A stretch of DNA of 50,498 nt, filler included, from an uncultured virus (IMG/VR IMGVR_UViG_2124908030_000007) (lineage: Duplodnaviria > Heunggongvirae > Uroviricota > Caudoviricetes). It is 8 parts of one record of this genome, joined end to end, with 100 filler letters (N's around TTAATTAATTAA, not from the genome) between each part and the next. Parts side by side here need not be neighbours in the genome. Positions count along the whole stretch, not along the records: positions 10,619 to 33,364 come from IMGVR_UViG_2124908030_000007; 7 more parts are not named here. One strand, written 5' to 3'. The translations under genes and the position numbers were made by a program. A model generated the notes under the pieces. It saw only the letters and a program-made list of their open reading frames with translations, did not search any database and was not told the origin of the DNA. This document shows, in pieces, positions 19,329 to 27,777 of the stretch (its first letter is position 1; each line of letters opens with the position of its first letter).

Positions 19329-20144
19329 CTATAGTGAGAACGTCTCCATATCAGGCTCTTTTCGACCAACATCTTCCCATCGACGAAGGTACTCCCAAAA
19401 CGGTTTGTCAGGATGATAATGCTCTCTGTTCAAAAGCCACTCAACTTTTGACAAGAACATCATCTCTCGCTCTGTCAACTCAAACGTTTGTCCATTAATC
19501 TCGATAACATCGTCCGGTTCGAGGTTCGTATCTTTGTATCTGTCTAATTGTACAAGCTCATACGTCTTGTCTTTCTTGACAGCCGTTCCACCCTCTCGCT
19601 TATACGCTCCCTCGTCAGGATTGTTCTTATCAGCGTACATCTTCGCGTTCCAATCGATCAGATAGAAGCCATCAATCAACCAACCATTCTCGACAATCGT
19701 TATGTCATTGTGTTGCGTGAACGTTCGTTTCAGCGCGTTTACCAAGTCTCGACGGACCTGTGTCTCCATAATCTTGTGATGTAGATTGTGAATCTTCGAA
19801 CAGTTGTCATCGACCAAAGCCTCATACACACCACTCAACAAACGTTCAGTCTGCTTTGGCATTGTTTCAACAACACTGCCATCGACTGAGACAATGTACG
19901 AGTACTCGTCACCCGCCTGTGAAACAATTGTTTCCGGGTCTTCGGACAACACTAACGCCTCGTCCCCGGAGAAGAACGGCTGTAATCCTCCGTCAAATGG
20001 TAATTCGTCTTCTGGATCAAACAACAGAAGATTCTCGGGAGTCGCTCGACGGGTATCTGGCTCGCCCGAGTCCGAGAAGATTAAGAATTGTTCAATCTCT
20101 CCGTCCTGATTATACGATACGTCTGCTACCGTGTACTCACTCAT
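19329..20144 (-). CDS. GHKL-associated partner protein (copy 1)
   Basis: Directly downstream of GHKL ATPase; homologous by eye to 30722-31659. Confidence 0.8.
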   Translation of the reverse strand: MSEYTVADVSYNQDGEIEQFLIFSDSGEPDTRRATPENLLLFDPEDELPFDGGLQPFFSGDEALVLSEDPETIVSQAGDEYSYIVSVDGSVVETMPKQTERLLSGVYEALVDDNCSKIHNLHHKIMETQVRRDLVNALKRTFTQHNDITIVENGWLIDGFYLIDWNAKMYADKNNPDEGAYKREGGTAVKKDKTYELVQLDRYKDTNLEPDDVIEINGQTFELTEREMMFLSKVEWLLNREHYHPDKPFWEYLRRWEDVGRKEPDMETFSL

Positions 20145-20182
20145 ACGAGAGTATACGGTACGTCTCTATAAAAAGGTTTTGA

Positions 20183-21703
20183 CTAGTTCATCTGATTGAC
20201 AACATGTTCCTTCGTATGAGGGTTCATGTCTTCCAAGTCTTCAAGACTATGAGCAGACTGCCTGTACTCTTGAATAGCCTGATCAAACCTTTGAGTAAAC
20301 TTGTGAGACAGATACTTCCAGAAAACCTTGTTATCCTGTAACGTCTCACGATCGGTGGCTGGCTTCGGGAGACACAAGTCTCCCTGCTCCGAGTCTATGT
20401 TGAAGTCTTCCACCTCGTCTCGTGGGATGAATCTTTCTGCTCGCCCTTCCGGAAGACTGTTCCACTCACTTCGATCGACGACAACACGACCCTTATTTGG
20501 ACCAGCGATCACTTCTTTCGGACCAAACTCGTCAACTTCTGACGAATCAGTGACATAGTTGTGAAGAGGCAACGGTTCGTCAGAATCGAGAACCTCTTCG
20601 CTGACGTGATACACCACCTCTCCATCAACTCTACCCTTCTGAGCAGTAATGTCCTTGTTTGAGAGCAAGTGTTCAGCGATGTACTCGTCTCTCGCGTTGA
20701 TAAGCATCTGGTCATACTCGGACCTACTGACAGGAGTAAGGCCCTTGTTTCCGTTGCTCGACACAACAATAGCGCCAGACTCGTCAGTAATACGAGTGTC
20801 AAAGGGATACGGACATGTCATAGTCGTAGTGCTATGACTCTTCTCAATAGGCATCGACTGAAGAAGAACTCGGTCGTTAGCATCAGGGGACATGTATGCC
20901 TCGAAGAAGCCCGGTTCCGAGATTCGGTCCATGTAGTTGTCACGTTCATACGACTCGTACAATCGCTTTCCTCCCCAATCCTCATTGAAGACTTCTTTTC
21001 CGTTTTCGTCCAGTTCTCGGTAGAGAACAGGGACACGCATCCACTGAGAGTACTTCTCAACAGCAGACCGAACATCCATGTCACTGTTCTTTTGATCAAG
21101 CTTGAACTTCGTCCCATATTCTTCGTCACCGAGTTGCCCCATGATAGGCTCGACTCCGGCGAGCGAGACGAGATACGCGGCATTGTCAGAAGACAGGCGA
21201 CTGTTTGACAGCATGATCATCGTGGAATTGTTCACACCAATGAACTTCAAGAACGACAGGACACCGATTCCGAAAGAACCAGTCATGTCACTCATGTCAC
21301 GAGTAGCGGAGCGTCCAATATGACTGAACACCTCTCGAACCTCTTTGGCATTCATACCGATACCATTGTCCTGAATAATGACCTTCTGCTTGGACTGATC
21401 ATATTCAACAACGATACGAGGCTCATAGTTGTCTTCAACAATCATGTCATCGTATGGAACGAGAGAACTGTCTTTGTTGAACTTGTCTACCTTCAAGCAA
21501 GCAGTCTCTGCGTTGGCAAGATACTCTCGAAGCGTCTCTTCCCATGAATCGTACAAGTCATCGGCAAACTGTCTGATTAATGGACGAAGGTCAGCAGTCC
21601 ATTCTTTTGGTTCATCTCCGAACGGGTGTTCCTCACCCGAAGCACCGACATTCCTATGCTCCACATTGTGTTCGCCCTGCGTGTAGTAAACTTCCTCACT
21701 CAT
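20183..21703 (-). CDS. Hsp90/rIIA-like GHKL ATPase (copy 1)
   Basis: REYLANA, IQDNGIGM, GSFGIG, YGTKF; Hsp90-like catalytic loop LPKPATDRETLQ. Confidence 0.88.
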   Translation of the reverse strand: MSEEVYYTQGEHNVEHRNVGASGEEHPFGDEPKEWTADLRPLIRQFADDLYDSWEETLREYLANAETACLKVDKFNKDSSLVPYDDMIVEDNYEPRIVVEYDQSKQKVIIQDNGIGMNAKEVREVFSHIGRSATRDMSDMTGSFGIGVLSFLKFIGVNNSTMIMLSNSRLSSDNAAYLVSLAGVEPIMGQLGDEEYGTKFKLDQKNSDMDVRSAVEKYSQWMRVPVLYRELDENGKEVFNEDWGGKRLYESYERDNYMDRISEPGFFEAYMSPDANDRVLLQSMPIEKSHSTTTMTCPYPFDTRITDESGAIVVSSNGNKGLTPVSRSEYDQMLINARDEYIAEHLLSNKDITAQKGRVDGEVVYHVSEEVLDSDEPLPLHNYVTDSSEVDEFGPKEVIAGPNKGRVVVDRSEWNSLPEGRAERFIPRDEVEDFNIDSEQGDLCLPKPATDRETLQDNKVFWKYLSHKFTQRFDQAIQEYRQSAHSLEDLEDMNPHTKEHVVNQMN

Positions 21704-21774
21704 TTTGTTTCACAATAACGGATACGGGTTACTTCAATATAAACCTTTCCCAAGTAAAGTAGAACACAATATCT

Positions 21775-21819
21775 AAAATTCCCCCGAAAGGCAGTCTCTC
21801 CTCCTCTCCTACTCCTTGT
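21775..21819 (-). ncRNA. candidate ~45-nt purine-rich small RNA
   Basis: Dedicated promoter CCGAAACGCTTAAGT (21842-21856); no ATG; GGAG repeats, UUCG hairpin, U-tract. Confidence 0.45.
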
Positions 21820-21866
21820 TTAACCGCCACGGTCGCTATACACTTAAGCGTTTCGGTTCGCCCAAT

Positions 21867-22523
21867 TCAGACGTTCCAACGGTCTCCGACTACATCCCCA
21901 TCGTACCAGTCCTTTCCTTTCCGTTGTACCTGCCCTGAGATGTCCTGTGGGATGTTGTTAGAGGGGTTTGCTTCCTCGATGACCTCACAGTCATACGTCC
22001 GACAAAGGCTCTCAAAAGCGTCGTGAGAGTCCTTCTTGCCCTTCTCAGGACGAGGTTGTTCGGCCTTCTCTTGAACGTTCCATTCGACCCAACTGTCAAC
22101 AGGAACCATCGCTTGACCGGCGCTCCACGTCACGTCAATTTCAGGATGTTCTGGCACCCACATAATCATCTTCGAGCTATCAAGTTCGTCAGGTTCTGCC
22201 GGGATACGGTCAGGGTCGTGGCCACCGGGGTCAGGAACCTCGTCAAACCGCTGTGGAGTCAGCCTGAAGTGATTGCGTTCTATTTCCCCTCGACGCTTTT
22301 CTTCAGGATTCATGTTCATTTCAAGCTGGTCAATGTCGTCCCATGGAGCCATGACACCAACAGTCTCAATGACTAGCACAGGATCTCCGTCGTCAGTCTT
22401 CCACCAGCATGAGAACTGCTCGTTGCCTTCATACTCAAGCCTTGCTCGTTTCTCGATTGATTCTCGGAACTCGTCACTAAGTCTGTACCTCTTTCCGTTA
22501 AGGTCTAGTGTGTACTCACTCAT
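21867..22523 (-). CDS. hypothetical protein
   Basis: 218-aa acidic ORF, ATGA overlap. Confidence 0.8.
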   Translation of the reverse strand: MSEYTLDLNGKRYRLSDEFRESIEKRARLEYEGNEQFSCWWKTDDGDPVLVIETVGVMAPWDDIDQLEMNMNPEEKRRGEIERNHFRLTPQRFDEVPDPGGHDPDRIPAEPDELDSSKMIMWVPEHPEIDVTWSAGQAMVPVDSWVEWNVQEKAEQPRPEKGKKDSHDAFESLCRTYDCEVIEEANPSNNIPQDISGQVQRKGKDWYDGDVVGDRWNV

Positions 22524-22843
22524 TCCATGAAGTCCTCCGGAATATTGTCATCAGCCAATTCGTCAAAACGTTCGACTGTCTTTTCTCGAAGTTCTCCCTT
22601 CGACTCGGCAATGATGCCAACATCACGAAGTTCGCTGTTTGGAAGTTCGTTTACTGCGGCAATGAACATCTGGTCTCCTTCATCGACCAGTTCCGAACCC
22701 CATTGTACGTGGTCTCCGTACTCTCCATTAAGTGCTTTCTTTTTCTGAACACGTCGGTAGATCGGCCTACCGACAAGGTATGCTACAGTCGCTACTCCTG
22801 CTCCGAACGCTGCCAAAGTCAGTGGTTCTACCATATCGTACAA
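22520..22843 (-). CDS. membrane-anchored protein (start probably 22834)
   Basis: N-terminal TM helix followed by basic stretch. Confidence 0.75.
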   Translation of the reverse strand: MYDMVEPLTLAAFGAGVATVAYLVGRPIYRRVQKKKALNGEYGDHVQWGSELVDEGDQMFIAAVNELPNSELRDVGIIAESKGELREKTVERFDELADDNIPEDFME

Positions 22844-22874
22844 TACGTGGTCTACATATAAAAGACTTTTGGTA

Positions 22875-23168
22875 TCAGCTAAATGATGAAAGACCAGATT
22901 GAGAGTTGTCTATTCCTTCACGTCTGTCCACTTCTCGTATTTCTATTTCGAAAACACCGTCTTCTGATGGATGAATTTCCCACACTTCTAGTTGTACGTC
23001 CAACTCTGCTTTCGCTTTCTTGATTTGTGTTTTTATCCAATCCCACCCGATTGATTCGTCAAACTCGACGTAGTAATGCCAACGATTATTCTTTGCTTCT
23101 GTCATGGAGTCGTTGGCATTCGTTCGATTAACTAGCTTTGTTCGAATAAATTCTTTACTGTTTGTCAT
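22875..23168 (-). CDS. hypothetical protein
   Basis: ATGA overlap with upstream gene. Confidence 0.75.
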   Translation of the reverse strand: MTNSKEFIRTKLVNRTNANDSMTEAKNNRWHYYVEFDESIGWDWIKTQIKKAKAELDVQLEVWEIHPSEDGVFEIEIREVDRREGIDNSQSGLSSFS

Positions 23169-23515
23169 TGTAATGTACCCGGAACTTGAAGAATTACTTC
23201 TTCTGCTTCTGTGACCTCTTCAAGACGTTGTGAGACTTCAGCCGGAACGTCAACGTCTACAGCCTCGGGGTCTTCCCATGTCACGTCTTTTGTCTTTTTC
23301 CAATGACGGTCAGTAATCCGTGTAGTGTCTCTCGTCCGTTCCTCGACAAAGCTCTGGAACATCCACTTGTCCCATTCTGGAGCATGACTAAACGTGTACA
23401 CACGCTTCACGAGTTGGTTTGCATCTTCCGAGCGTGTCTCTATAGTGAAAGAAACATTTGCTGTTCCTCTAACTGACTCGTCTAATTCTTGCTGGTCAGT
23501 TAATTCTGTTAACAT
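23165..23515 (-). CDS. hypothetical protein
   Basis: Acidic ORF with promoter. Confidence 0.75.
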   Translation of the reverse strand: MLTELTDQQELDESVRGTANVSFTIETRSEDANQLVKRVYTFSHAPEWDKWMFQSFVEERTRDTTRITDRHWKKTKDVTWEDPEAVDVDVPAEVSQRLEEVTEAEEVILQVPGTLQ

Positions 23516-23547
23516 AGTGTGTCATTTGATCTTCTAGAATAAAAATG

Positions 23548-23781
23548 TTACGTCTCGTCATGCGTGTGCGTACAAATGTATATGAATCCGGTAATGTCGC
23601 GGATTTTCTTTTGATCAGTTTTTGGAAATGTATTTAGTGGTGGCTCACTTCTGTACTGAATTATACGATCTTTTGATCTTTTACATTGCCATATTCCTCT
23701 ATGCTTTGTTTTAAATGAAACTATTACACTCCTGTCTGTTGGGAGAGTGCTATAACCTTCGACACGGTGAAATTCTACCAT
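23548..23781 (-). CDS. small basic hypothetical protein
   Basis: ATG at 23781 after leftward promoter; AT-rich; Lys/Arg-rich. Confidence 0.55.
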   Translation of the reverse strand: MVEFHRVEGYSTLPTDRSVIVSFKTKHRGIWQCKRSKDRIIQYRSEPPLNTFPKTDQKKIRDITGFIYICTHTHDET

Positions 23782-23860
23782 ACATAGTATTCGTATCGAC
23801 AGAGTAAAAACTTTTCTACTCGAAAGATTTATATCGGTACGAGACGTATTTCCGATAACA
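23782..23860. promoter_or_regulatory. back-to-back divergent promoters at the transcription switch point
   Basis: Leftward GAAAAGTTTTTACT and rightward CGAAAGATTTATAT; gene orientation flips here. Confidence 0.75.
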
Positions 23861-24163
23861 ATGAAAACCGTTTCAGGAGTTAACTCACATGTATTCAAAC
23901 GAAATGTGATAGATGTTGCTAGAGAAAACAATTGGAAAACTCTTGGTTCCAAAAATAAAATGTTTGAAAAATTAGGATATGAAGTATACTTTGAGAACGC
24001 TAAAACTGTTGGACTAGTTATAAGAGATCCCGAAACACAACTAAAGAGTGTTGTATACTCATATCACGCAAATACAATTGGAGCAAAATACTTTTCGATT
24101 GTACAACATATATTCCGTAATGCTGAACAAATAGTTTCAAAGAGACAAGATTATGAAAAGTAG
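23861..24163 (+). CDS. hypothetical protein, tandem paralog A
   Basis: Shares EN.WK, F.K.GYEV, G.KYF.I.Q...NAE.IVS with next ORF. Confidence 0.8.
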   Translation: MKTVSGVNSHVFKRNVIDVARENNWKTLGSKNKMFEKLGYEVYFENAKTVGLVIRDPETQLKSVVYSYHANTIGAKYFSIVQHIFRNAEQIVSKRQDYEK

Positions 24164-24473
24164 TACGTTAACTGGGGAGAATATGTTTCGTGAGAGAGTG
24201 GATTCTATAGCAGAAGAGAATGGATGGAAGAAAATAGCTTTGACAGAGTTCTCTAAACCCGGATATGAAGTAAAAATATCACGAAATGGTAATTTTGAAC
24301 TTGCTACAGTTCACCCCGAATTTGGGGGACGGGAAGTTCCATATTATTATTACTTTGAAGGCTCTGTTGGACCAAAGTATTTTGCTATTATACAGTACGT
24401 ACTCTGTAATGCTGAGGAAATAGTTTCGGATTATTACGATAGCGAAAAACTTAAGTGTGAGTCAGAACAATAG
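24153..24473 (+). CDS. hypothetical protein, tandem paralog B
   Basis: See paralog A. Confidence 0.8.
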   Translation: MKSSTLTGENMFRERVDSIAEENGWKKIALTEFSKPGYEVKISRNGNFELATVHPEFGGREVPYYYYFEGSVGPKYFAIIQYVLCNAEEIVSDYYDSEKLKCESEQ

Positions 24474-24482
24474 ACTAGTACA

Positions 24483-24845
24483 ATGAGCGCAGACATAATC
24501 GCAGTCGAAGTACAGGAGACTAAGTACGATGAAGTTGTTGTCCTCGAAACCCCATATGATGCGAAGGACTTTATTGATGCTCTTCCGTGGAACACTCTTG
24601 AGGAAGAAGAGGAAGAACACGGAGACCTTCGAACGAAGTTAGAGAACCGTGACGTGGCAGATGCTGCCATTCAAGCAGCCGAAGACTTCAACTTCTCAGA
24701 CACGTTCTCTGCTCACCAGTCGTGGGATCCGAACGCTCTCGGACGTGACAACGGAGCATGGACTATCGACCGAGATGCTCTCGGAGAAGCACTTGAGTTC
24801 TTCGAGTTTTGTGGATTCGAGGTGGAGAATAACACCAACGTGTAA
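24483..24845 (+). CDS. hypothetical protein (possibly HARP-like)
   Basis: ETPYDAKDFIDALPW...SWDP...AWTID pattern. Confidence 0.7.
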   Translation: MSADIIAVEVQETKYDEVVVLETPYDAKDFIDALPWNTLEEEEEEHGDLRTKLENRDVADAAIQAAEDFNFSDTFSAHQSWDPNALGRDNGAWTIDRDALGEALEFFEFCGFEVENNTNV

Positions 24846-25007
24846 ATGGTTAGTAAAAAAGAAGAGCAAGATATAAAAGAACTGCTTCAAAACATACTCG
24901 AAGTTAAGCGTTCAGGTGGTAGCGAAAGAGAAATTAAGAAAGCTGTCCAAGAACTGTACGCCTACCTCATACAGAGTGGCGTCGTCGATCCAGAAGAGAA
25001 TGAGTAA
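24846..25007 (+). CDS. 53-aa helical protein
   Basis: Manual translation MVSKKEEQDIKELLQ...VDPEENE. Confidence 0.65.
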   Translation: MVSKKEEQDIKELLQNILEVKRSGGSEREIKKAVQELYAYLIQSGVVDPEENE

Positions 25008-26024
25008 ATTCACACTATCAGAGACTGGAAACTTTGAAGAAGAAAAAGAAGAGCGAGTCTTCAGACGACTGTCAAGTCAGANNNNNNNNNNNNNNNNNNN
25101 NNNNNNNNNNNNNNNNNNNNNNNNNNNNNNNNNNNNNNNNNNNNNNNNNNNNNNNNNNNNNNNNNNNNNNNNNNNNNNNNNNNNNNNNNNNNNNNNNNNN
25201 NNNNNNNNNNNNNNNNNNNNNNNNNNNNNNNNNNNNNNNNNNNNNNNNNNNNNNNNNNNNNNNNNNNNNNNNNNNNNNNNNNNNNNNNNNNNNNNNNNNN
25301 NNNNNNNNNNNNNNNNNNNNNNNNNNNNNNNNNNNNNNNNNNNNNNNNNNNNNNNNNNNNNNNNNNNNNNNNNNNNNNNNNNNNNNNNNNNNNNNNNNNN
25401 NNNNNNNNNNNNNNNNNNNNNNNNNNNNNNNNNNNNNNNNNNNNNNNNNNNNNNNNNNNNNNNNNNNNNNNNNNNNNNNNNNNNNNNNNNNNNNNNNNNN
25501 NNNNNNNNNNNNNNNNNNNNNNNNNNNNNNNNNNNNNNNNNNNNNNNNNNNNNNNNNNNNNNNNNNNNNNNNNNNNNNNNNNNNNNNNNNNNNNNNNNNN
25601 NNNNNNNNNNNNNNNNNNNNNNNNNNNNNNNNNNNNNNNNNNNNNNNNNNNNNNNNNNNNNNNNNNNNNNNNNNNNNNNNNNNNNNNNNNNNNNNNNNNN
25701 NNNNNNNNNNNNNNNNNNNNNNNNNNNNNNNNNNNNNNNNNNNNNNNNNNNNNNNNNNNNNNNNNNNNNNNNNNNNNNNNNNNNNNNNNNNNNNNNNNNN
25801 NNNNNNNNNNNNNNNNNNNNNNNNNNNNNNNNNNNNNNNNNNNNNNNNNNNNNNNNNNNNNNNNNNNNNNNNNNNNNNNNNNNNNNNNNNNNNNNNNNNN
25901 NNNNNNNNNNNNNNNNNNNNNNNNNNNNNNNNNNNNNNNNNNNNNNNNNNNNNNNNNNNNNNNNNNNNNNNNNNNNNNNNNNNNNNNNNNNNNNNNNNNN
26001 NNNNNNNNNNNNNNNNNNNNNNNN

Positions 26025-26179
26025 AGACAGGTGATGATTGGATAGCATATAACTATCTTGGCACCCAAGACTTTGTGGATAGTGTGCTAGAAGACGGCAT
26101 GTGGGATGACATTTCGGAGATGCCATTTCAGGCATCATCCTTACATGCGCCAAAAAGTCTGTACGAACCAAAAGATTAA
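26025..26179 (+). CDS. hypothetical protein, C-terminal fragment
   Basis: Acidic frame emerging from gap. Confidence 0.5.
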
Positions 26180-26205
26180 TAAGCGTTTGTACCATACACT
26201 TATGT

Positions 26206-26598
26206 ATGAGTACAAACACAGAGCAGGTTGAATTGTCTTCAATTGATTGGGACAGTAATTTTTATGACATCACCGAGAATGCGTCAGTTGATTTATCATC
26301 AGATTCACCAATAGACAAGCAAGAAATTATTCGGACAGTAGCGAAGTTATTTGAAAAGTCAACTGACTCTACACACTACGTTTATTGTCTTTCTGTTGAT
26401 GAAGGATCACGATGGTATGTAGGAGAGACTGCCAACTTGTACGACCGATTTTGTACACACTTGCGAACACGAGATGTTACTAACATCGAGTTTGTGAAGC
26501 CTGCTTCTGACAAAGAACATAGTCGAGAGCGAGAACGAGAGTTGTCATATCAAGTTGCTATTGACAAGAATACAACGGAGGTGTACGGAGGACGATGA
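26206..26598 (+). CDS. GIY-YIG-like nuclease domain protein
   Basis: YVYCL...WYVGET..LYDRF..H...ERE...VYGG. Confidence 0.7.
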   Translation: MSTNTEQVELSSIDWDSNFYDITENASVDLSSDSPIDKQEIIRTVAKLFEKSTDSTHYVYCLSVDEGSRWYVGETANLYDRFCTHLRTRDVTNIEFVKPASDKEHSRERERELSYQVAIDKNTTEVYGGR

Positions 26599-27044
26599 GT
26601 GCCACTCAACTAATCGGTGGAATTTACATCAGCGATATTACGTTTGTTGAAGAAGGAGACACAAGTATGTTTGATTCTGTTATTGGTGTCTGTCAAGATG
26701 ACAGGTCTGATAACGTCTCGTGTTCATACGATCATTTCAATATGTCAGACGGTCCTGTAGAGAATGAAGAAAACGGTGGACACAACCCCGGAGAATTTGG
26801 ATACGATATTTTCTCTGATGCTGTTGACCGTGCTATTGCTCGTCGTGTACTTCTTGACACAATCCTTATACATTGTCATGCTGGACGGAGTAGGAGTGCC
26901 GCTGTAGCGATAACGACTATGGCAGTAATGAACGGTATGACGTGGGAAGAAGCACTAGAATACGCTAAGGAACAACGAGAGTGTATAGATATTTCTCCAG
27001 AACTTGTCGAGCTAGGAAAAGAATATGTAAGCAGAGTAGAATAA
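26595..27044 (+). CDS. dual-specificity (CX5R) phosphatase
   Basis: IHCHAGRSRS active-site loop. Confidence 0.9.
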   Translation: MSATQLIGGIYISDITFVEEGDTSMFDSVIGVCQDDRSDNVSCSYDHFNMSDGPVENEENGGHNPGEFGYDIFSDAVDRAIARRVLLDTILIHCHAGRSRSAAVAITTMAVMNGMTWEEALEYAKEQRECIDISPELVELGKEYVSRVE

Positions 27045-27478
27045 TGTCAAAACAATACGATGAGTTGGCAGATGCTTTGGCCGAATTGAGTACACACTAC
27101 GAGGCAGAGGGTCATGGAAGAAAGGCACGACAATACCAGCTAGCAGCATCAGAACTTCGTTACACTGAACACATGCCTCCTGACCCGACTGACTTGCCTG
27201 ATGTGTCACGTACTGTTCGAGACCATATCGCAGAATGGAGAGCATTTAAAGAAATTGACAAACTTACAGAATTACGCGAAAAAAGACCATATTTGTCAGA
27301 ATTAACTCGTGCTAAGTCTGTCGGGCCAAAGACTGCCGAGAAGATATACAACGAGACAGGAGCAGAGACATTAGAAGATTTAGAAGAGATCCTCGAATCG
27401 GGAGAGATAACAGATGTACATGGTATTGGTAGCAAGACGGCTACTACTATTCGGCGTAGTGTCGCTCAACTCGACTAA
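27044..27478 (+). CDS. PolX N-terminal (8-kDa plus HhH) domain protein without polymerase core
   Basis: LADALAEL...KARQYQLAA...SVGPKTAEKIY...VHGIGSKTA. Confidence 0.8.
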   Translation: MSKQYDELADALAELSTHYEAEGHGRKARQYQLAASELRYTEHMPPDPTDLPDVSRTVRDHIAEWRAFKEIDKLTELREKRPYLSELTRAKSVGPKTAEKIYNETGAETLEDLEEILESGEITDVHGIGSKTATTIRRSVAQLD

Positions 27479-27520
27479 CCGTAATATTTAAGTACTCGAA
27501 TTACTTAGTGTACTGTAACG

Positions 27521-27736
27521 ATGACAGAAGTAATCCATGTTCGCTTCCCCGGAAATTGGGAGGCTTTGTACGTTGATGGTGAGAGAGTAGCACAGAACCA
27601 CTCAGTTGATGTTGCTGATGTATTAAATCACATTGAGGATGAAACAATTACCGAGGCACGGAGTGAATATAACGCTGTCCAACTACACAAAGAGTTTGGG
27701 GCTGTTGCTCCAGAAAATTATAACGAATTACCGTAG
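27521..27736 (+). CDS. hypothetical protein
   Basis: Own promoter; WEALYVDGE. Confidence 0.75.
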   Translation: MTEVIHVRFPGNWEALYVDGERVAQNHSVDVADVLNHIEDETITEARSEYNAVQLHKEFGAVAPENYNELP

Positions 27737-27777
27737 TCGAAACCCTTATTACTATAGCAGTAGAATAGTGAGTTACA

